A stretch of DNA of 64,000 nt from an uncultured Candidatus Saccharibacteria bacterium (lineage in GTDB: Bacteria; Patescibacteriota; Doudnabacteria; UBA920). The notes beneath the pieces are model-generated. The model did not search any database. It worked only from the letters and a program-made list of their open reading frames with translations, and was not told the origin of the DNA. Shown piece by piece: positions 27,420 through 36,383 of this stretch. Each line of letters begins with the position of its first letter. Positions within the stretch are counted from its first letter, which is position 1. Location: contig CAZVXT010000002.1 in the NCBI GenBank assembly GCA_964631145.1, positions 1,140 to 65,139 on the forward strand, written 5' to 3'. Made by a program: the position numbers and the translations under genes.

Positions 27420-27941
27420 ATGAAAAAAATGTTTTTGACATTTTCTGTGTTGTTTTTTGCTTGTTTGCTTGGGATGAGTTTTCTTTTGCCTATATCTAGT
27501 GCTTCAAATGATGGTGCAAATGGTTCGGCAAATGAAAAATTGAAATATGAAAAAGCAATCGTAGATCCTGATGGGTCCTTGGATGTCCCGGACGGTTATC
27601 GTAGAGTGCCGATCAATTTTACTGAAAAATCAGAAGCAAAAGCAAAAGATCAATGGTTGCAAGCTTATGGTAATATGGAAGGTTATTCTTTGGAAAAAGC
27701 TAAGAAAATTACCTTTATTGCAAAAAATGGAACAGCACCGTGTGCCTGTAGTATGTCTGGGGCGTGTTATGTTTATTACCCCAAAACTCGACAAAGTGCA
27801 GAGCATTGTGAACCAGACTGCAATACTGTATGTTTGACCGGAATGGCTTGCAAAAAACCGGAAGAAAATTTGGATAAAGCTCTTTCGTTGTCTTACGATC
27901 CGAAAAAGTATTTAAACCAAACAAACAACAACGTAGAATAG
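27420..27941 (+). CDS. Exported Cys-rich hypothetical protein
   Basis: Signal peptide; seven Cys within ~37 aa; AAGGAG SD; own promoter and terminator. Confidence 0.7.
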   Translation: MKKMFLTFSVLFFACLLGMSFLLPISSASNDGANGSANEKLKYEKAIVDPDGSLDVPDGYRRVPINFTEKSEAKAKDQWLQAYGNMEGYSLEKAKKITFIAKNGTAPCACSMSGACYVYYPKTRQSAEHCEPDCNTVCLTGMACKKPEENLDKALSLSYDPKKYLNQTNNNVE

Positions 27942-28000
27942 TGTCATAAATAATTGAAAATTAAGGGTTTTTGCGCATTTTCAAAAACCCTTTTTTATTT

Positions 28001-28039
28001 TGCCAAATTAAAAGCATCCTTAGAGGCTTTTTTGGTGGA
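28001..28039 (-). repeat. Degenerate copy of tmRNA 3' end plus terminator
   Basis: TGCCAAATTAAAAGCATCCTTAGAGGCTTTTTTGGTGGA, a direct repeat of 28538-28579. Confidence 0.65.
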
Positions 28040-28171
28040 CATCATTTAAAAAATATAATTTAAATCTTGTAAATAAGCCTTTGATTAAATTTGGACAAAA
28101 CTGTATTAAAAATAAAAAGCCTAAGACTTTGTATGTCATAGACTTTGTTTTTGCTTTCTAGTGAACAGGAT

Positions 28172-28477
28172 TCAAAAATTCCAATTTAAATTTTGTGTTA
28201 CAGAAGCATCTAATTTATAAATTACTAATTCGGGCATTTTTCCAGAGTTAATGGTAACTCCTGGTCTTTGAATTGATTTTAGAATATCTTCCTCTGAAGA
28301 GGGGACCAGTTGGTAAGAATCTGGGCTGCCTACAAATTTGTATTCTCCGGTTTTTCCATTAACGAAGCTTCCATCCTCAAATTTTATTTCGCTATCATTA
28401 ATTTCTTTTAAAGGTTTGTCAGTAAAAATTATGACCGGACCTAGTTCTATAAGCTTAGCTGCGGCAATTTTTTGCAT
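28172..28477 (-). CDS. Hypothetical protein
   Basis: Start moved to ATG 28477 after GGAGG; lies between the two repeats. Confidence 0.65.
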   Translation of the reverse strand: MQKIAAAKLIELGPVIIFTDKPLKEINDSEIKFEDGSFVNGKTGEYKFVGSPDSYQLVPSSEEDILKSIQRPGVTINSGKMPELVIYKLDASVTQNLNWNF

Positions 28478-28537
28478 ATTTTCCTCCAATTTTTAACTTG
28501 TGATATGACCTCAAACTTTAACATATTATATTGTTTC

Positions 28538-28579
28538 TGCCAAATTAAAAGCAGCCTATAAGGCTGCTTTTTGGTGGAG
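28538..28579 (-). repeat. Copy of tmRNA 3' end (CTCCACCA) plus intact terminator; att-like scar
   Basis: TTTGGTGGAG identical to 29352-29361, next to hairpin AAAGCAGCCT/AGGCTGCTTT. Confidence 0.7.
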
Positions 28580-28628
28580 TGAGTCGAGAGGGTTGGCAAA
28601 CTTTGATAAAGAGCATAACTATCTTCAC

Positions 28629-28657
28629 TTGACATACATTAGCAAATATGCTATAAT
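28629..28657 (+). promoter_or_regulatory. Consensus sigma70 promoter
   Basis: TTGACA-17-TATAAT with extended TG. Confidence 0.85.
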
Positions 28658-28722
28658 ATGTCAAATACAAAAATCTGGTTTTGTGAGCCAAAAATACACT
28701 AAAATTTACTGGAGGAAATCAA

Positions 28723-29169
28723 ATGTTATATACTATTTTGGCTACTATCGCTTCAATCAATTCTTTCTTAGCTGTTATTCTTTTGCTGACTTTCTATTAT
28801 CTCAAGCTGAGATATGGAATATATGGGATGACTGAGAGAGTTAATCGGCTCGCCGGCACTCGTGCCATCGCTCTGGTTCAGATTTACGCCCATCTTTCGC
28901 TTGCGGTCTGGATTGCTTTAGCTCTTCCGTGGATAGATCTTTTCACGGTTCAAAAGCTCTCGTATTTCAAAGACGGAGGCGTGGACAGCTATCTCGGCTG
29001 GATGACGAGCAGACAGGCGAGCATTTACTTCGTGCTGATGTTCTTTAACATTCTCGGTGCGAAAGCTGCTCTGCCCGTTGGCGAACTTGCTTCTTTGCTT
29101 CGTAGAGGCAGAGTCCGCATGATGAAGTGGGGTATTTTCTTCGTTTGGAAGCCCGAAGAAGTGTCCTAG
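28723..29169 (+). CDS. Hypothetical membrane protein, GC-richer than the backbone
   Basis: GGAGG SD, about three hydrophobic segments, terminator downstream. Confidence 0.7.
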   Translation: MLYTILATIASINSFLAVILLLTFYYLKLRYGIYGMTERVNRLAGTRAIALVQIYAHLSLAVWIALALPWIDLFTVQKLSYFKDGGVDSYLGWMTSRQASIYFVLMFFNILGAKAALPVGELASLLRRGRVRMMKWGIFFVWKPEEVS

Positions 29170-29196
29170 TATCCATGCGAGAATCATTTCGCACTG

Positions 29197-29233
29197 ACCG
29201 TTCTGAACTTTCGAGTTTGGAACGGTCTTTTTT
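29197..29233 (+). terminator. Rho-independent terminator
   Basis: GACCGTTC...TTCG...GAACGGTC followed by a T run. Confidence 0.8.
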
Positions 29234-29353
29234 ATATAAGATAAGTTAGTTTTACTCTCCCGCTATCTATCTCAAAAAAGACAATTTTGGTAAACTAAAA
29301 AACACCTATACAAAGATTGGTGTTTTTATCAAAAGGTTTAAACTTTTTTCATT

Positions 29354-29740
29354 TGGTGGAGATGGCGGGAGTTAAACCCGCGTCCAAAATTTCTTAACCA
29401 ATTTATTGTTCACAAGATTAGTTCGTTATTTTACTGCATGCCATTCAACGAACAACTAAGCATACAGTTTAAAATACTTCTTTTCGATATTGTTACGTAT
29501 TTCAAATAACAATATTATAGCTTCTATTGTCTAGCTAATCTTTACCCAAAGCAGAGGTAAAGGGCTAGTGCACGAACCAATGTTAGGCAAGTGCAGGTTG
29601 TAGGGTTGCATTAGAAAATGCAGCTACAACTTTGTTCCATGCGTTAGCACGTAAGATTGCTTGTAAGATTAATGAGCTTGCAAGCTGGCTCATCTTGCAT
29701 ATAAAGAGATTGTAAAATTCTGTCAAAATCCAACATCCCC
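29354..29740 (-). ncRNA. ssrA: tmRNA
   Basis: 5' GGGGATG..GATTTTGAC, 3' GACGCGGGTTTAACTCCCGCCATCTCCACCA; tag ORF 29583-29648 ANAWNKVVAAFSNATLQPALA*; smpB nearby. Confidence 0.93.
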
Positions 29741-29785
29741 AAATTTTATGTTTGCAAGGTAATTACCCCGCAAAAATGTATTTTA

Positions 29786-29829
29786 AATATACGGTAAATA
29801 TTGACATTTGTCAAGGAGTCTGCTAATAT
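29786..29829. promoter_or_regulatory. Overlapping divergent promoters for ssrA and the HD-hydrolase gene
   Basis: Palindrome TTGACA-TT-TGTCAA gives a -35 on both strands, each 17 bp from a -10 (TAATAT on +, TATATT on -). Confidence 0.7.
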
Positions 29830-29858
29830 ATGACAAATTATAAAGGGAGGACAAAATT

Positions 29859-30533
29859 ATGTCATCAGATAGAATTATCTCTCAAATTAAATTTGAGAAA
29901 ATGTTTACCGCCAATAAATATTTTTTGATTGGTGCAAAGCTTAACTTAGCCTTAAAGGCATTGGAGTTTGGTAGAGAATATCATACTGGTCTTCGTAAAG
30001 ACGGCTCGCCAGAGTATAGTCATCAGCTTTCGCAGATGCTTTATCTGCAATCGCTCATTGGCTTGATGAAGCATCCGCAAGAAACCCTTGCCGCTGTGGC
30101 ATTGCACGATGTAAAAGAAGATTATGGTATTCAATCCAACAGAGTGCCGCCAGGCATGATGCCAGTTACTTACGAATTAATAGAAAAAGAATTTGGCAGT
30201 ATGGTAGCAGAATCCGTAGATTTGATGGATAAAAACCGCTTAGGCTCCAAAATGTCAGACGATCAATATTACGATCCTATTGCATTAAATCCAATTGCTT
30301 CTATTGTTAAGCCTGCAGATAGAGTGCATAACTTTTATACTATGGTCGGTGCATTTACCAAAGAAAAGCAAATTTCATATATGGAAGTTGGACGAAATTA
30401 TGTTTTGCCGCTCGTTAAAGCAGCCGGCAAAAACTTTCCTGAGCAACTGCCAGTGTATCAAAATTTAGGTTATGTTCTGAAGATGCAAATAGAATTAATT
30501 TCTGTAGGATTAGAAATACCAGCAGGAATTTAG
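29859..30533 (+). CDS. Stand-alone RelA/SpoT-type HD hydrolase (small alarmone hydrolase-like)
   Basis: HTGLRKDGSPEYSH, ALHDVKED and VKPADRVHN motifs. Confidence 0.8.
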   Translation: MSSDRIISQIKFEKMFTANKYFLIGAKLNLALKALEFGREYHTGLRKDGSPEYSHQLSQMLYLQSLIGLMKHPQETLAAVALHDVKEDYGIQSNRVPPGMMPVTYELIEKEFGSMVAESVDLMDKNRLGSKMSDDQYYDPIALNPIASIVKPADRVHNFYTMVGAFTKEKQISYMEVGRNYVLPLVKAAGKNFPEQLPVYQNLGYVLKMQIELISVGLEIPAGI

Positions 30534-30622
30534 TTTACTTAAAGGCGTATAATTTACGTCTTTTTATTTTTATAAAAAATTTGTTAGGGTGTATAATTAA
30601 AGTAACAATTAAAACATTTATT

Positions 30623-31114
30623 ATGTTCAAGGATTTAAAACATAAAGCATTTGTGCCTTGGGTATTATTAATTATCCGGGTGTATGTTGGCTGGACATGG
30701 TTAGAAGCAGGATATGCTAAAATTACTAGTTCGGCGTGGGTGGGAAGTAATGCAGGAACTGCTCTGACTGGATTTTTAAAAGCATCCCTAGCTAAAACAT
30801 CGGGCGAGCATCCAGATGTGCAAGCTTGGTATGTATGGTTAATTCAGCATATTGCTTTGCCAAATGCGGCTGTATTTTCTTACTTAGTTTCGCTTGGAGA
30901 ATTATTTGTGGGCATTGGATTGATTTTAGGAATCTTCAGTTTGTTAGCGACTAAGTTTGGATTGTTTATGAATTTTAATTATTTGTTAGCTGGTGCAGTA
31001 AGTATTAATCCGCAATTAATTTTGCTAGAGTTAATATTATTGTGGGGTGGTAAGCGTACCGAAAAATACGGCTTAGATTATTTTAGACATAAGCATTTAA
31101 ATAAAAAGGATTAA
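30623..31114 (+). CDS. DoxX/DoxD-family membrane protein
   Basis: IRVYVGWTWLEAGYAKI, GELFVGIGLILG and MNFNYLLAGAVSINP motifs. Confidence 0.88.
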   Translation: MFKDLKHKAFVPWVLLIIRVYVGWTWLEAGYAKITSSAWVGSNAGTALTGFLKASLAKTSGEHPDVQAWYVWLIQHIALPNAAVFSYLVSLGELFVGIGLILGIFSLLATKFGLFMNFNYLLAGAVSINPQLILLELILLWGGKRTEKYGLDYFRHKHLNKKD

Positions 31115-31166
31115 TATATAATTTATATTAGGGTTATTTAAAATTTAACAAAAATCTGCAACAAGT

Positions 31167-31253
31167 AAGACATATGGTATTCTCACTAGTCCTCGCTCTA
31201 TTATATAAATTCAAAAATAGAACTGCGGAATTCGTTCGAATACTATATGTCTT
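31167..31253. repeat. Palindromic element, conserved-core family (copy B)
   Basis: 16-bp outer stem; core TCACTAGTCCTCGCTCTAT...ATAGAACTGCGGAATTCGTTC shared with 38152-38249. Confidence 0.8.
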
Positions 31254-31305
31254 TCTTTTTATATCTGTCTTCTAGTAAAAAACCCGGCATAAGCCGGGTT
31301 TATTT

Positions 31306-31722
31306 TTACTTCTTTTTTGACACTGCCTTTTTTGCAGTTTTTGCTGCCTTGGCTACTTTTTTAGTTGCCTTTGGTAATACTTTTTTTACAGAGTTTTTAG
31401 CAGAATCAAATTGATCTTTAATCGCATCCCAATTAGACTTTAACTCGCTAGTCACCATCACTAATTCTTGAGTGTCGATATTCTTGATGTCTTTATAATT
31501 TTTGGAAATAGTGTCTACGATTTTGTTATAAGAACTTTTAGTTGCTTTTTGGGTTTTGTGTAATTCTGCAACCACATCGTTTTGAAGATCTTTAGCCCAC
31601 TTGCTAATCTTTTTTCTATTTTTAGCATTTTTGCCAGTAAGTAAATATACACTAGCTGCTGCGGCTGCAAGAGCGGTTAATCCTACACCTGCCGCGATAA
31701 TTTGTTTTTGTTGTTTCTTCAT
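31306..31722 (-). CDS. Lys/Ala-rich hypothetical protein with N-terminal hydrophobic helix
   Basis: 138-aa ORF, second gene of a two-gene operon. Confidence 0.7.
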   Translation of the reverse strand: MKKQQKQIIAAGVGLTALAAAAASVYLLTGKNAKNRKKISKWAKDLQNDVVAELHKTQKATKSSYNKIVDTISKNYKDIKNIDTQELVMVTSELKSNWDAIKDQFDSAKNSVKKVLPKATKKVAKAAKTAKKAVSKKK

Positions 31723-31726
31723 AAAA

Positions 31727-32008
31727 TTACTTTCTTTTCTTATTTTTAAATATTTGCTTGAGGGACATGTTTTTTATAAAGCCCAGAATAGTTGAAATAC
31801 TAACTCCTTTTTCTTTGATATTGTTTCTTAATTCGCTTAAATCTTCCGAAACAATTTCAGCACCACGCTTGGCAGTATGTAAAACAGTTTTAATAGTCCT
31901 TAATAGGTATATTAAATAGAGTAGGGCAATAATAATTAATGCTGAAATAAGCACTATTGCACTGCCTGTGATTATAAAAAATAAGTCAGATATTGATAAG
32001 CCATTCAT
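31727..32008 (-). CDS. Small membrane protein (TM plus coiled coil)
   Basis: 93-aa ORF; TGGTATAAT 6 nt before ATG. Confidence 0.7.
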   Translation of the reverse strand: MNGLSISDLFFIITGSAIVLISALIIIALLYLIYLLRTIKTVLHTAKRGAEIVSEDLSELRNNIKEKGVSISTILGFIKNMSLKQIFKNKKRK

Positions 32009-32023
32009 AAAGTAATTATACCA

Positions 32024-32578
32024 CTATTTATCTAGATATCTCTTAAATAATTCTTCTAGAACAATTTGATACTGTTTTCGGATATTTTCATCGTAACCAA
32101 TTTCTATAACCTCATCATTAAGATTGGTGGCATTACTTGTCCAATTATAAGATCCGCTAAAGTAAGATTTTTCTGTTACTAAAGTTTTGATATGCATTAT
32201 TGCACTATGATCTTGAAATCCAATAGGAATACCAGCTTGTTGCAACTCTTTGATAATCGCAGCTTGTTCTTTAATTTGAGCAGTTTGATCTTTGTCGACA
32301 ACTCCTTTTATGGTTATGCCTCTATATTTTGCTCCTAGCAAAGCATCTTTAATATCTTGCCGAGTAAAAGTATAAATAGCAAAATAAATAAATTGATCAG
32401 CGTTTTGAATTTCTTTAATTAGCTTTTGATTGGCTTGTGTTTGCTGATTATAGTAAACCCGTACCGCGGGTTTGCTGTAGGAAATTGGTCTGTATACCCA
32501 CGAGTAATATAGCTGTCCAATAGTTGCTATAAGTAGTGCGATAATTACAAAATAAATAATGTCTTTATATATACGCAT
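32024..32578 (-). CDS. Single-domain phospholipase D/Nuc-like protein, membrane anchored
   Basis: AIYTFT and MHIKTLVTE...GSYNWT...NDE (HKD variant). Confidence 0.88.
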   Translation of the reverse strand: MRIYKDIIYFVIIALLIATIGQLYYSWVYRPISYSKPAVRVYYNQQTQANQKLIKEIQNADQFIYFAIYTFTRQDIKDALLGAKYRGITIKGVVDKDQTAQIKEQAAIIKELQQAGIPIGFQDHSAIMHIKTLVTEKSYFSGSYNWTSNATNLNDEVIEIGYDENIRKQYQIVLEELFKRYLDK

Positions 32579-32636
32579 GACTTAATTATATTACATACTT
32601 TTCAAGTTTTAATAAAACAGACCAATGCGATCTGTT

Positions 32637-33068
32637 TTATACAAGCTTTTTAATTTCTCTTTTAGTATCTCTGGTTTTGATATATTCTCGTTTGTCTTGC
32701 TTTTTGCGACCTCTACCAATACCAATTTTAATCTTTACTAAATTTTTATTTCCAATATAAATTTCTAATGGCACAATAGTAAAGCCTTTATCTAGTCCTG
32801 TAATTTGATTCAACTCTTTTTGGGTTAAAAGCAATGTGCGGGTGTGAGTCGGGTCGTATCCTTCAGCTGGGGCATATTTATACTGACCAATATGGGTATT
32901 TATTAGCACCACATTGTTGCCATTAATTTTGACATAGCTTCCAGTTAAAGAAACATTGCCTGATTTTGCAGCCTTAACTTCGGCACCAGACAACATTAAA
33001 CCGGCATCATAGGTGTCCTTGATGTCATAGTCTAACCTTGCTCGTTTGTTGGTAGCTAATATCTTCAT
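32637..33068 (-). CDS. smpB: SsrA-binding protein
   Basis: NKRARLDY, AGLMLSGAEVK, TIVPL and GRKKQDKRE motifs. Confidence 0.95.
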   Translation of the reverse strand: MKILATNKRARLDYDIKDTYDAGLMLSGAEVKAAKSGNVSLTGSYVKINGNNVVLINTHIGQYKYAPAEGYDPTHTRTLLLTQKELNQITGLDKGFTIVPLEIYIGNKNLVKIKIGIGRGRKKQDKREYIKTRDTKREIKKLV

Positions 33069-33147
33069 ATATGTATTTTACCAGTTTGAAAAAGCTTTTC
33101 AAATGATATATAATTGCTTAGAAATTTATATTAATAAAGGAGGTTTT

Positions 33148-33294
33148 ATGTCTTTAAAGAAATCTTTATTATTTAAAGAATTGGGAGAACAGCTTAGAAT
33201 ATTGTTTAAAAATATTATGAAAAATTCGGAAAATACCGATTATATTTATTCAGTTTTGAAGCATCTTAAAGTTTTAAATAAAAATCTATCTTAA
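33148..33294 (+). CDS. Small hypothetical protein (48 aa)
   Basis: AAAGGAGG SD before ATG 33148; divergent from smpB. Confidence 0.5.
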   Translation: MSLKKSLLFKELGEQLRILFKNIMKNSENTDYIYSVLKHLKVLNKNLS

Positions 33295-33335
33295 AATAAA
33301 ACAGTCGCTAGTTTTTTAAGCGGTTGTTTTTATTT

Positions 33336-35711
33336 TTATTGCTTGCTGCTAAAGTTTTTCAAAGCGTTATTATCTTTTGTTGCCCCTAATATATAATAAA
33401 GTCTATTATTCTCTGTAAATGCGTATCCGTGCTCGTATATTCCTTTGATATTAAATTGATAAACATCTTTATTATCAATTTTTTCTTGTGTGATATTAGA
33501 GATATTGCTTTGTGAAGATAAGAAGTTTTTAAGTCCTTCCATATTTGCTCCCTGAGCTTGATATGTTTGAATGTCTATAACTCCATTTGCAGCCTGAAAA
33601 GTTACTTCATTAGCAGTTTGTTTGGTAACTTGCCAATCTTTTGGTTTATCAAAAGAGAATTTTAATTGGTCATTATTGTAATTTTCTACTTGAGGTTGGT
33701 TATCAGTTTGCGGTGCGGTTAAGTTTTGATTACTTGTATTGTTTGAATCTGATGGTTCTTGTCCTCGTAAAAATTCAATTGAATTTCTTGGATCATCTGA
33801 TGAACCGGTGACTACTATTTCTGGGTTAGAAGAATTTTTGTCTTTGGAGTTTTGGCTAGCAATTATAACCCCACCAATTATCACTGCTGCTAACAGAATT
33901 CCTAAGTATAATTTTGCTCTAGATTTTTTTGTAGGTGTAGGAGTACTGGTGTTGTCGTTTGATAGTGGCTGTGCCAGAGGAGTGTAAGAATTGCTCCCAC
34001 TGTTATTTTCTTCAGCATCAGTTTCTGGTCCTTGTTCTTCTGGATGCAGATTTTGGTTATTGGATAATTGGGTAGATACTAATATGCCCAAAACAATAAA
34101 GATAATGCCATAGACCATTACTGTTTTATTAGCATCTACAATACCTTGTTGGGTAATTTGCTTTAGCTCGTTAGTAATAGTTTGAGGTAGTGGGTTATTG
34201 TTGGTGCTAGCATTGCCTCCAAAAGATATATCAGAAATATTTTTGGATACATTTTGCTCAATGGTAGTCTTTGCTTGATCAGGAATTATTTTGCTATCTG
34301 CGATGCTGGTGTTAACATTGCTTGTTAAAGCTGAAAGAAGAACAGCTCCTAATATAGCAGATCCCAATGTTTGCCCAACCATACGTAAGGTATTGTTTAC
34401 TCCAGAAGCTTCACCTGCTTCTTGAGCAGAAACTGCTGACAAAGTAATGTTGCTAACTTGAGCCATAATTAGCCCCATGCCAAAACCAAAAATAATAAAT
34501 CCTGGAGCTAGGTGCCATGCAGTAGCATCAACTTTTAAGCTATAGATTAAAACTAAAAAAGCAAGAGCGCTAAGGCTTAAGCCAATTTGTACTAATCTTT
34601 TTGGTTTGATGTATTTGATTAAGACTGCAGATAGAGGTGCGGCAACTAAAAGAGCTAAGGACATTGGTAATAGTGTTAGTCCTGTGTGTAGAGCATCAAG
34701 TCCACGTACTGCTTGCAAAAATACTGGTATGGTAAAGAACAATCCAGATTGTCCTAGTGCTAAAATTGCTGTTGTTGCCGAGCCAACCACAAATTGTTTG
34801 TTTCTAAATAGATTTAAAGAGAGTAGAGGAGTGGATCCTCTGTTTTCGTAGTATCGTTCCCAAAACATAAAGCCAGCTAAGATAATCAAACCTAGAACGA
34901 TAAACAAAGGTGTGGCAGAAAGACTGCCTAAATTAAGAGTGTGGTGTAAAAATACCAATTGTTCTTTAGCCTTAAACCACCCAAAAGTAGATGCTTGGAT
35001 AAATCCAAAAACAATAGATAATAAACCTAAAGAGGATAATAAAATTCCAATAAAGTCGATTTTTGATTTTGTACGTAGTTGATGATTTTCTTTAATTAAT
35101 AAAGAGCCAATTAAAACTAAGGCTACTACTAAAATATTAATTCTAAAGCCCCAGCGCCAGCTATAATTGGTTGTTAGCCAGCCACCCAAAATTGGACCAA
35201 TTGCAGAAGAGGCCGCTGCGATTCCACCCCATACACCAAAAGCTACGGCACGGTCTCGTCCTTTATAGTTAGTAACCAATAAGGAAGCTGTTGCAGGCAT
35301 CATTAATGCTGCCCCAATTCCTTCTACTATAGCTTCGCCGGTTATCATAAAGCCAATGCTCTTACTGATAGAAGCTAAAAAAGATCCAATAGCAAAAATG
35401 ATTGCACCGATCACAAACATTTTTTTGCGACCAAAAAGATCGCCAAGTCTACCACCGGTAATAGTAAATGCAGCAAGAATTAATGAGTAGATTGTAATTA
35501 CCCATTGCATGCTGTGTAGATTAGTATTTAGATCTTTGATGATTGTTTTAAGGCTGACATTTAGCAAAGTTGTATCAATAACAATAATTGCTAATGCCAA
35601 GCTCAGCACTACTAAACCAGCCCATTTTTTAACAAAAGGCTGGTTGCTCATATTAATGTGCTCTGGTTGCTCATTTTGATCTGATTGAAGAATTGAATTG
35701 TCTACGTTCAT
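33336..35711 (-). CDS. DHA2-family MFS transporter fused to an extra TM and a PsbP-like domain
   Basis: GGRLGDLFGRKK, GPILGGWLT...WRWGF; C-terminal FSFDKPKDW domain after a linker and TM. Confidence 0.88.
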   Translation of the reverse strand: MNVDNSILQSDQNEQPEHINMSNQPFVKKWAGLVVLSLALAIIVIDTTLLNVSLKTIIKDLNTNLHSMQWVITIYSLILAAFTITGGRLGDLFGRKKMFVIGAIIFAIGSFLASISKSIGFMITGEAIVEGIGAALMMPATASLLVTNYKGRDRAVAFGVWGGIAAASSAIGPILGGWLTTNYSWRWGFRINILVVALVLIGSLLIKENHQLRTKSKIDFIGILLSSLGLLSIVFGFIQASTFGWFKAKEQLVFLHHTLNLGSLSATPLFIVLGLIILAGFMFWERYYENRGSTPLLSLNLFRNKQFVVGSATTAILALGQSGLFFTIPVFLQAVRGLDALHTGLTLLPMSLALLVAAPLSAVLIKYIKPKRLVQIGLSLSALAFLVLIYSLKVDATAWHLAPGFIIFGFGMGLIMAQVSNITLSAVSAQEAGEASGVNNTLRMVGQTLGSAILGAVLLSALTSNVNTSIADSKIIPDQAKTTIEQNVSKNISDISFGGNASTNNNPLPQTITNELKQITQQGIVDANKTVMVYGIIFIVLGILVSTQLSNNQNLHPEEQGPETDAEENNSGSNSYTPLAQPLSNDNTSTPTPTKKSRAKLYLGILLAAVIIGGVIIASQNSKDKNSSNPEIVVTGSSDDPRNSIEFLRGQEPSDSNNTSNQNLTAPQTDNQPQVENYNNDQLKFSFDKPKDWQVTKQTANEVTFQAANGVIDIQTYQAQGANMEGLKNFLSSQSNISNITQEKIDNKDVYQFNIKGIYEHGYAFTENNRLYYILGATKDNNALKNFSSKQ

Positions 35712-35858
35712 AAAATATAGTTAACGAATTTACATTATACTGTTTTTAAGCATATAAATCAAATCTTGAATTATTATAATTTAACACCCATTATTGGAGT
35801 TTCATAAAATAAAAGACCGTTAAAATTAACGGTCCGAGAAAAGTTTATTTCTCATTTC

Positions 35859-36287
35859 TTATAATCCCGGATCGTTTGTGCCCGGGTCTTCATAAAACAT
35901 TAAAAATATTTGCAGTAGCATAGGGACTGATTTTTTCAACTCAGCTTTTGTTGCCGGAATATTTTGAAATTTTATTTCGACTTGATCATAACCTGCAAAA
36001 AATATCATGCCGGTAAAATCATGATCTGTCATTAAACTTTCCGCTGTGTCTTTGGCTGCAATAACCGGTTGACCAGTTTTAATATCCAGCACAACGTAAA
36101 CTGATTCGCCAGCATCGGTAAAAGGTTTTGAAAATTTAACACTCAGTTTGTTTGGTGTATCGAAGTTAAAAGTTGCCGTAACATCATTTGGCATGACGTA
36201 GGTTTCGTCGTTTGCGTAAGCAAAAGAAGTGGTAGTTAAAACCAACATGGCGCACGCCATGACTAAAATTTTAATGTATTTTTTCAT
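35859..36287 (-). CDS. Exported hypothetical protein
   Basis: Signal peptide ending AYA; GGAGG SD; TTGACA upstream. Confidence 0.7.
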   Translation of the reverse strand: MKKYIKILVMACAMLVLTTTSFAYANDETYVMPNDVTATFNFDTPNKLSVKFSKPFTDAGESVYVVLDIKTGQPVIAAKDTAESLMTDHDFTGMIFFAGYDQVEIKFQNIPATKAELKKSVPMLLQIFLMFYEDPGTNDPGL

Positions 36288-36383
36288 TGGTCCTCCGTTC
36301 TATAATAGAACTTATATTTCTAACATATTTATTATTATTTGTCAATATTGGGATAAAACTAAAATATTTAGTATAATTTAGCT

